Assembly: GCA_965153285.1 (NCBI GenBank)
Contig: OZ229123.1
DNA length: 64,000 bases
Reading direction: 5' to 3' (one strand)
Origin: Podarcis tiliguerta
Lineage: Eukaryota
Below the pieces are notes generated by a model. That model searched no databases, had not been told where the DNA came from, and saw only the letters and a program-made list of their open reading frames with translations. The position numbers and the translations under genes are program-made. The stretch's first letter is position 1; each line of letters begins with the position of its first letter. This document shows, piece after piece, positions 48,861 through 64,000 of the stretch.

Positions 48861-49268
48861 AGGTGTGTTCAATGGCTAATCCCTAGCCACAAATCCCAGG
48901 CAAGAAGGCCAGTGTTACCATCTGGGGTGGGGTGGGAGTGCCTGGGGCATCTTGCCCCAGGGCCTTCCAATCTTCATCCAACGCAAGAGTCCAACCTAAG
49001 GATCCATTCTGCTTGCCTGCCTGCTCTCGTTGAGGCTTTGCACATGCTCTGGGGCAATCACTCTCTCTCCCCCGCCCCACTCCAACACACTCGTCTAGGG
49101 CCTGACCACAAGCAGGAGGCGTGCGCGAGTGGAGCTCTCAGCGCCAGTCCCACTCGCAAGCATGCAGGCAGGCAGGCAGGCAGGCAGAGAGAGGACGCAA
49201 GCGCCTCGTTCGGGTGCTGCTGCTCCTCCTTCTGCGGCGCCCCCAAAACAAATCCAACTCGCGAGTAG

Positions 49269-49272
<4 letters not shown>

Positions 49273-49302
<30 letters not shown>
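49273..49302. repeat. (AG)n microsatellite in the CpG island
   Basis: Seen directly; a (GCAG)n run also lies near 49164-49187. Confidence 0.95.
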
Positions 49303-49305
<3 letters not shown>

Positions 49306-49622
49306 ACCGCGGAGGAGGAGGAGCAGCGCGGGCGGGAAGGCGAGCGCGGAGAGGGAGAGAGAAGCTCCCGCTCGCTCGTTTACTCACTCGCCCGCCCCCC
49401 TCCCGCGCTCGCCTCGTGAGTCACTCGGGCGCGAAGGACCCCCCTCGCCCCTCCCCTCCGGCCTAGGCCCGACCAGGGAGGGGGGCGAGCCCAGAGACCC
49501 CTCCTTCCTCTCTCCCTTCCCCCGCGGCGGCAGCTGAGGCGCCCGCGGCGCTCCCCGCCTCCTCCCGCTGCCTTCCCTGTCCCCTCAGAAGTCGCCCAGG
49601 GCGGCGTCGCGGCGGCGGTTAC

Positions 49623-49990
49623 CTGTGAGGCGCTGAGAGAGATGAGGGGGTGAGGAGGCGGCGGCTGTGGCGAAGGGGGACGTCCCTCACTTCTCCCGCC
49701 GCCTTCGTCGTCGCCTTGGTCGTCTCTGCTGTCCGTCAGGTGTCCGGCTACCCCGGCGGCAGGGCCGGGCCCCCCGCCACCTTGGTCGCACGAAGCAGCA
49801 CCGCCGCCGCCGGGGGCTCCGTAGCCGCTCAGCAGCCCCGGCAGCGGCCAGTCGCCATTTCCCGCCTACCGACCTGCTGCACCGCACGGAAGGACCCGGA
49901 TGATGACGGGAGGAGGAGGAGGAAGGAGGGGGCAGCGAGAGAGCGACGGAGAGAGGGAGGGAGGCGCCTTGCTTGCCTGCCTGGGCCGTC
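49623..49990 (-). other. CTDSPL2: Probable noncoding exon 1 of CTDSPL2 (5' end approximate)
   Basis: Lies within the CpG island; donor CAG|GTAACC at 49622; the ATG-bearing exon has an acceptor, so an upstream exon is required. Confidence 0.65.
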
Positions 49991-52900
49991 GCAGTTACTG
50001 CGCAGGCGCACTCCGCGCGCGCACGCCAGGCGAACCCCGCGGGCGGGAGGAGCGGTTCCTGAGGGGAATCGGTTCTCTGGCTGTGAGAAGAAGAGGGAAA
50101 AGGGAGGAGAGCAGTCGGCTGAGGAGAAGGGGAAGAAGGCGCCCTCAGGCAGCTCGCGCTGGTGGGGTCCTGCGTCTCCCAGAGAAATGCATTTTGGTCG
50201 ACGCCGCCGCCACGGCACTCTGCACATGCTCGGGCGAACTTCCTCCACTCGCACAAGCCTCGCCTCAAGGGAGGAAGCGGCTGCTTTTGCTGTTTGTGAG
50301 AGGCCGCCCAGCGCCGATGGACTGGCGAGCGAGAGGCAGCAGGACCACCCCGGCCGGGGGAGGCAGCCGGCGCCAGGACAGGGACCGCAAAGGCACGCCC
50401 GGTCCCTGGACACACTCTGGACCCGCGGGCCACAGCTACCGTGGGGGCCGCTCGCCCCTTCGGAGGGGCTCCGAAAGGACTGAAGGGCGGCGGGGAGGAT
50501 TTCCCCTTTTTTTCGGACTTGCTGAAGCAGTTTCTTCGTGTGTGCGTGTTTAAATTTTCCCGCCCGTCGGAGAATGAGGAATGATTGCGTTGATTTCGAA
50601 GACGAGCAGCCACAGAAAAGATCAGCAGGAAACAGGTCCCTCGGCAGCAAGATCCTGTTCGCTGCCTAGGGCGTTTGGACAAGGCGGCATAGAGCAAATC
50701 CAACAGGTGCAGTTGGCAGGTAAGGCTTTTGTTTTTCCAGCAGCACAACTTCATAGGTACTGCAGCTCCAAGGCAAGGAAATGTTTAAAAGAGAGAAGGG
50801 CCCACAAAAGTATTTGATGGAATTTTGCATAACGGTTGCAGAAGTCACAATCCCTGCAACTAATTAATTTTATGTCACTTTTAAAATGTATAATCTGTCT
50901 TAGAGGCTACATATCTAGTTATATTTACGTGACTGCTAATCCTGTTACATTTGGTAGTACTTAATGCCTTGAGTATTTTCCCCCCATGCATGGAAAGGTG
51001 ACTAAGTGATATCCATAAACAAGATGCTTAAGTGGACTTTCCTGTGTTTCACCTTCCCAAAGGATGCTGCTTCTGGCTCTGCCACCTAGCGGATTGAGAT
51101 GGACTTGTATACCACTGAATCAAAGTGCTGACCTCAGAGTGGCCTTCCTGAAACCTTTGAAGGGGCTTCTTTAGTTAGAACTGCCTAAAACAATGCATTC
51201 CTGGGGAAACAGGCTTTTTTGTTTTTCCAGGCACGCATTTTGTTTGTCCTCCTTATGAAATGCAAATGTATCCAGCACTGTGATTTCATCTTGAGGTGAG
51301 TCCTTTGTTACATCCCTGGCTGTATGCATCTGCTCAGCAAGGTGCTATCTGTTTTCAAGGTAGCAGAGTTGCAAGGTCTCCAAGGGAACAGTGTCCAAAT
51401 ACATCTTGTGAAAGTCCATCCATTTTATTTTTCAGTCTAGTCCACAGAAAATCACCATCATGGCCAAAAACATGTGTATCAAGATTTTGACTGATTTTAT
51501 TCCCAAAGCATACTGTCAATTGCTCACTTGGTAATGAGCAGCCACCCATCCAACAAAATATCTGACTGTTAGTTAAAACATCACCACAACAATATAATCA
51601 GGGAAAGAACTCTCTGGCTGATCTTTTATAGCTTTACCAGTCACATAATGACAGAAAGCATTCAGTTTAGTGAATCCCTGCCTGCATTCCCTTACTCCAG
51701 TATCAGAATACTTGACATTTTTTATTATAATTCAATATCTGTATGGTGCGTAAGTTGGTTACTAGTTACCAGTTCCTAACTTGCATGGAAGTTCAAAACA
51801 CACTTCAAGCAGAAAACTTTTTTTAAAAAAGAGGGCTATAGTTTATCTGGCCCTGAACCTCAGAATAAGCTTTTGTCTATCACGTATTGTATATCTTCAT
51901 GAGTGACAGGCTATCACCTCCAAGAGTCACAATAGTTTTCTCCATCAAAATTGCTCTGTTTGCTGAATACTACCAAGTGGGTGAAGACCTCCAATGGCAA
52001 TAACAAAAAAATAATTTGGGCAGTGCACACCCCAAATCTTAAATTTCACACCTCCAGGTATGTGGAAAGGCATTTCACTATGCCCTGCCCAGTATAGCAT
52101 TTGGGTGCAGCAAACTGTCAGAAGTGGCAGCTTGATGCCTATAAAAGCTCAAATGTGCTGGGCACCAACAATAGCAGAAAAAAGGAACTGAGGTTGTATG
52201 AGTGAGGAGGGTATTAGCACTTGAAATGTCTGTGCCTAAGAAATGCATTGGGCTGAATGTGATTCAATGCTATCCATGCTGGATGCATGGGTGTATGATT
52301 GGTGGTAGACCAAAGGTTATTTTAGAGTGTGCACTCTTAGCTCCTTTTTTTTTTTTTTTGGACATATTTTAGCTCCCTAATCCAATTCAGTACCATTTCA
52401 TAAAGGACACTATCCTGATGCTGTGGATGTGGTGGGCCAAAGTACATATTGTGGCTATTATTGGCATAGGGTTGCTGCATTCAGCACTGCACTATGCCCA
52501 GTAAGCATTGAATTAGGCATAATTAAATGCTTTTTATAAATACTTTACTGGAGGTGTGGCCTAAATCTTGTTTTTGCGGTGTACATGCCCAGTTCCTTAT
52601 TCTTTTCTATATACATTGGTGGTGGGTCACATTTGACCTTGCACTATGCTGAAGAGACATTGAGCTAGACATACTTTTTATAGACAACACTCCACTTGAG
52701 ATTTGGATGTACGATTTGGCGTAGGTCAAAGCTTATTATGGTGTATTTCCTTATTATTTATTGTCATTTGGGGTCACTGTGCCTCTGTACAAGGGTTGCA
52801 CCAAGACAACAGTTTGAATTGGAGAACAATGATGTTATCGAAAGAGAGTCTATCAGTCATGATAAGGATAGACCAAAACTTTTAAGTTTTCTGCTTGAGC

Positions 52901-55726
52901 TGTTTCAAACTTCTGTGCAAATAAGGAACTGTGAACTATTAACCAACTTCTACATCATAATTCTTGTACTGTTGGCAGAGAGAGGGAGACCGCACCTTTG
53001 AAGATAAGACCATCAAATTGAGCTTAAAGGCCTGGCAGATGTGAGAAGATTTGATGGGGGTGAGGGTGGCATTGCTGATTGCTGTGCCTGGAGGCTACTC
53101 TTTGGCACGCTTCTTGTTCAGAAAAGCTGTTTGTGAGAGAAAACTGGTTATGTTTATAAACCGGGACGCAGGGAAGCTGTCATGTTGGGATCTGCTTTGT
53201 GGTTTTTGGAAGAATGAGATTGAAGAAACCACCCAAGAAGCTGTTGCCCAGACTTTCCACAAGCCTTATCATGCCTTGTTTCAACCGTAAATGTGTAGAA
53301 GAGGGTCTAATTAGAGCATCAATAGGCCTGGTCCATGGATTTTATAACATGCATTTTGCTGTTCAATAAATTATGTTTATGGGCCATTTGAAACAATATT
53401 TATTTATACAACAAACCGCTTATAAAATGCCCTTCAGCATAAAACTCCCATGGTATCCTCTACTTCAAACTTAAAATAAGTAAAATGATAAAAGCAGTAG
53501 GCCACAACCAGATGATAAAATCCAAATTTATAGTGGATTATGGGGCACAACTTCTGGATTGCCTAGAGCAACAATGTGTCCTGGCTTAGCACTCAAAACA
53601 TTTCCACTGTGCATAAAAGAACCTAATCCAAAATTATGCAAAGCTTTCAAGTTGGCTGGGTGAGTTGCTTTCTGAGATTACCCTGTTTAAAACATCACTG
53701 CATAGGGCAATGCCATTGCTATTTATAAAGCAGACATTAAGAATTTGATTTGGTATGCTTATTACTAGATACTTTACGACAAAGCTTTTTGATCGCTGCA
53801 GAAAGCAAAATGCTTTTTAATTTTTTTATTCTAGCATATTAGGGCTGCAGGTTTCAAATCAAGATGTGGCTCTTAAGGCATGCCACAGTTGGATTGGAAG
53901 CACCTCAAATGGTGCAGCATTATTTGTGTCAAGCTGGTACCTGTTTCCATGGTAATGGCATCACACATAAGTTGGTAGATGTGTAAACCACTCATTTTGG
54001 AAAACAGCCCCAACACAAGCTTGCAGCTTTTAGATTGCTTGTTTGGAAGGAAATACAATGGATGCTTTCAAATATTTATTTTTCCACAAACCCTTCCCTC
54101 TTCAATCTCGCATGCATGGAATTGTGTACAGCAAGCATGTGCTGTTTAGATACTCAAATTGCACCACAGGCAGCAAACATGTTGCTTTAAGAAAAGGATG
54201 CCTACAAGACAGAGGCAGTTTAACACATCACCTTTTATGTACGTCCAGTGCATATTCAAATTAGCAGTGTGAGGGTGGCTGTGTTCCTGCCCATTAATTT
54301 AAAGACCAAGAAGCATGTATAGGAGAAGAGTTGGATTTGTGCTTACCTTGTACAAGCTCAGTTGCATTGCTGTAGCAAGACTGTCAGTTTGGTCCATGTC
54401 TGCTTTATATGATCTCCCTCCCCCCGTCCCAATAGTTTGCAATTGCTGAAGAAAGCTCAGTTTTCTGAAACAACATGCAGTTTCTCTATTTCTTCCCTGA
54501 CAGGCTGCTTTACACAATTGTTGCCTGGCAACTGCCAGCAAGGGAAGACTACTTTTGTCAGAGCCTGAGCAACATATAGCTGTATAGCCCCCTTGCCTTG
54601 CCTCAAAAGGAGCTGTTTCCTGGCAACTGCCACCTGCTAGCAAGGGAAGACTGCTTCCAACATGGGCTGAGTAAGACCTAGCTGCTCAGCCCCACCTTTG
54701 CCTAAAAATACTTTGGAAGGAGCTGCTGCTTGCTCAGACACCAGAGAAGGACAAGGGCTGAATAATCTGTTTCACACAAGTACTGTGCCATTCTGTCTAG
54801 ATTACAGTGTGACTTTAATTTTGAGAATTTTTTTATAAACTGTTTTAAGAGGCGCTCAGGACTGTAAACTGGAAATCTAAATAAATGTTAAGACTGCATG
54901 TCTACAAGCTGAAGCACAGTTTCGCAAGAAGAGTCGATCTTTGGAGCAAATATTGCTGTTGTGCTACCCAGGACTAAACCATGGGTTTGACATAGAATGA
55001 TGTTCAAACCTGGGCTTGGGGTTTCTCTTACTCCAGAAAAACCAATGGCCCAGGTTCAGAGATAATGCTAAACCAAACAATGGCTTAGGCCCAGGTAGCA
55101 TGCCAATGGTAGCAGATGGACCACAGGAGGAGCACAGTGCCTTTAGTCTCGATGCACTTGCACAAGTGTGCATTTTGCTGTATGATAATTTTCCTACACC
55201 TAAGTACTTTGCATAGTTAAATTCTTTGTGTGAAGCAGCATTACTTGAGATTTATTGCAATCAAACTGAACCCCAGAACTGATGTTCTTTAAACATGAGA
55301 CTACCAAATAATGTGTTAATTAGTATGGATCTTAAAGCTGAAATCAATCTGTGTTCAGATACAGATTTTTGTCTGTCTGCCAGCCTCAATTCCCCCTTTT
55401 CAGGAACCAGCACACTTATACCAACCTTCCCAAATCTGGTGCTCTCCAGCTGTTCTGGACTACAACTTTCAGCCTCTGGCTGCCTAGAGCTGATAGAAAC
55501 TGAAATCCAAACCTTCTAGAGGCACTATGTTGGGGAAGGCAGTCTTTTATGCCAAAAGTCAGAAGCATGACTTATGCCTTGAGTGCATCATAAAAATTCA
55601 CCCATGGACAGCTTGTGAGGCTGACCAGGTTCATAGAATGGAGAGCAGCACATCCCTGGAACACACTGCCCTCCTTCACTGGATGGTTGAAAGGACACAA
55701 AGACAAGCACTAAAACTGCATTAAGT

Positions 55727-55732
55727 TTTATT
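55727..55732 (-). terminator. Candidate distal poly(A) signal AATAAA of GOLM2
   Basis: AATAAA followed by TTTTAGTGCTTGTCTTTGTGT (GU-rich downstream element). Confidence 0.55.
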
Positions 55733-57332
55733 AGAACCTATTAAATTTTGGATTTCAACAGCAAAATCCTAATAAAATTACACCTAATTTAGGGCAGACA
55801 CATTTTGGTCAATTCACAAAGTACAACACTGAAGACGTATGGAGAAAGAGGGGTTAGGAATGGTGGCAGGGAGACGGGGAGAGAAACTACCTCTAAGGCA
55901 GGTTCAGCCTTGTAAGTTTTACAGCTTGAAAATAAAACTAAGACGAACAGTCACCACTCATGTGTCCAGGTTTGTGTGCTTGAGAAGTGCCCAAGCACAA
56001 GCTTCCATATCTGTTGTCAGAAATAAACACTGTTCTAAGGGAAGTCTTAAACAGATCTCTCCTTTTTATTCAATGCAAATTGTTAATTAAATTACTGCAA
56101 ATTAACTTTAACTTACCAAAGAGACCAATAACCTGAGTACAGCAGAAATCATGAAGTACAATCAACCCTGTCATAGGACCTAAATTCTTTATTCACAGTA
56201 GCCCTTGTTGATAACTAGGGTTAATAACTTGTTGCTCAGGATATAGATGGGCATAACCATTTCTGTGAACTTCAGAAAGTGCTTAAACATCAAAACAAAC
56301 AAAAAAACAAAGTAAAACCTCTTACACAAAAACACAGTACAAAACCGCAAGAACATAGAACATGCCCAGCGTTTTGAGTAATCCATACTACAGCACTGAA
56401 GTTGAAACAAACTGAGCATGACTCCAATTCTGAAACACATCAGAGGTTCAGACAGGAATGAATGAAGAAACTGATGAGATTGCACTTTTAGCCACTCTCC
56501 ATTACATTCGGCTATTATTGCATAAGATTGAAATCACTGCTGTAAAAACAAAGGCAAATAAAATATTTATAGCTTTTATGTGTTGGAAATACTGGTTGTA
56601 GGTTTTGCAGATTTAAACTCTGGTAATTATCCTATAAAATTACTACACTGTTGCTGCATTTTTACTATGGATAACTTTAGTCACTCTCCTAGAGTTAACA
56701 ATATTGTCTCATATAGAATTAATGTAGTATGTATCACACAGACCTTCCATAGTTATAGTAAGGAAAGTTCTTTCATAAAACACAAACACATTTTCAGTCA
56801 ACTTTCTCAAAATGAAATGTAGTCTCTAAAATGCAAGTCACAACAGTAAGAGAAATGAATAATTTCCTTGCATGGGTTAAATACATTGTGGTATCAAAGA
56901 GTGTCCCATCTGTACAGTTATTCCTGCAATGAAGTAATTCATATATAAGATACAAACTGTACAAAGTTCTCCAGTTTACAAAGTGGCTTAGTTTCAGAAA
57001 CATGTTGACCTAAGTTATTTTGCAATGTTAGCTATTATTTCAAAGGTTACAGGTAAGGAACAGTCTTACTGCCCAGTCCAATAAAGAGCCAGGTGCACCC
57101 AACTTTGCGTAGTTTCAGGTTATTAAGCATCTCCTAAAAGAACAAACCATCTCTGGTTCTGTTCATTTGCGAAATAAGTACAACTATATACATATACACA
57201 GCATTTTACCTTTTCCTTCCACTGTTAACTTTTTGCTGTCATTCTTTTCAGTGTCTCTTACAGTAAATACTGAAAAATCGGTTGCGATTTTTTTCCTCTT
57301 GCAGAATCCCTCAGATAAAGGTAATTTGGAAT

Positions 57333-63278
<5,946 letters not shown>

Positions 63279-63661
63279 CTGGAAGCGCACAAAAACAATT
63301 AAAGCACTTTGACTATTTGCACTGTTCAGGCACAAGGAAAAGCAGCTTATGAATTAAGTCCTTTTTGAAGGGCAAGGGATCCCCTGGTGTTTTTGTATTT
63401 TTTAAACCTCATGACGGATTTTTCTCCAAACATTGCTGACACCTGTGCTTTCATTTTCTCAGTAGTCAAGGCAGAGAATGGGGAAGAAGGCGTGTCATCC
63501 ATTATCGGCTATTGATACTTCTGTCACACTTGTTTTAAAAGCTTAAGAGGCTTTCTCCATGCCTGGACGTTACTTTCTTACCAAGTCTAGTAACCACTTA
63601 TGTCACTCAAACCACTTTGTCCATTCTTTAATTTAATGCATTGTGTGGGGACAGCATGGAG

Positions 63662-63877
63662 CAGTGGTTCCCAAACTTTTTTTGGCCATGCCCCACCTAA
63701 GCATCTCTAAAATCCTGACACACACACCTCCCCGGCACATATAATTCTTATTATTCAAAAAGTGAACTCCTATTCAAGTGGAGGAAGCCTAAAAGGCCAT
63801 TCACTGTTAAAAACTCATTCTCGAATTGCCCCCCCCCTTAAAAAATCAAATCCCCCCCCCCCATTGGGAACAAACTG
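63662..63877. mobile_element. hAT-like MITE
   Basis: Ends CAGTGGTTCCCAA / TTGGGAACAAACTG; no clean TSD. Confidence 0.55.
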
Positions 63878-64000
63878 GATTAACCTCAGCCCTTTTACAA
63901 GTTAAATTAACCTTGTCAGTGTTTGCTTCTCACTTCCACTCTGTGGTGATTGTCGCCTCTCTGTTCTCTGGGATTGCTCACTTTACAAATAAAAGCTGCC

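Larger units (their letters stand above)
49100..50650. promoter_or_regulatory. CpG island / CTDSPL2 promoter (approximate limits)
   Basis: High CpG and GC content; NRF1-like TGCGCAGGCGCA at 49999-50010; YY1-like CGCCATTT at 49853-49860. Confidence 0.85.

Noticed and set aside
49381-49390. Alternative CTDSPL2 exon 1 donor CGA|GTGAGT
   Set aside because: Plausible but unsupported; cannot be told from a chance match without transcript data
49058-50754. ORFs of 217-355 aa on both strands
   Set aside because: Arg/Gly/Pro/Ala-rich translations in several frames at once, typical of a CpG island; no recognisable domain
63912-63980. Possible additional GOLM2 exon (69 nt, AG...GT)
   Set aside because: In-frame TGA in the required phase and weak splice sites; the next real exon probably lies outside the window

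Overview
Vertebrate genomic DNA, very likely from a squamate and probably a lacertid lizard (inferred from a full-length Sauria/Squam1-type SINE and other squamate repeats). The window contains the syntenic block SPG11 - EIF3J - CTDSPL2 - GOLM2/CASC4. I rebuilt the genes by hand from splice sites and reading frame: the last two SPG11 exons (+), the complete EIF3J (-, 8 exons, 762 nt, 253 aa), the complete CTDSPL2/SCP4 (-, noncoding exon 1 plus 12 coding exons, 1401 nt, 466 aa, DLDET phosphatase motif) and the last three GOLM2/CASC4 exons (-). There are two CpG-island promoters, two small assembly gaps, and many TA-flanked and hAT MITEs, SINE/LINE fragments and microsatellites. I found no evidence for a new protein-coding system, and nearly all ORFs in the supplied track are spurious. 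The best leads are regulatory: a GC-AG intron, a uORF and an AUG-UGA start-stop element in CTDSPL2; TISU and TOP-like motifs and a candidate poison exon in EIF3J; a candidate spliced divergent transcript from the CTDSPL2 promoter; and interlocked SPG11/EIF3J poly(A) signals. Comparisons to human proteins are from memory, not from alignments.
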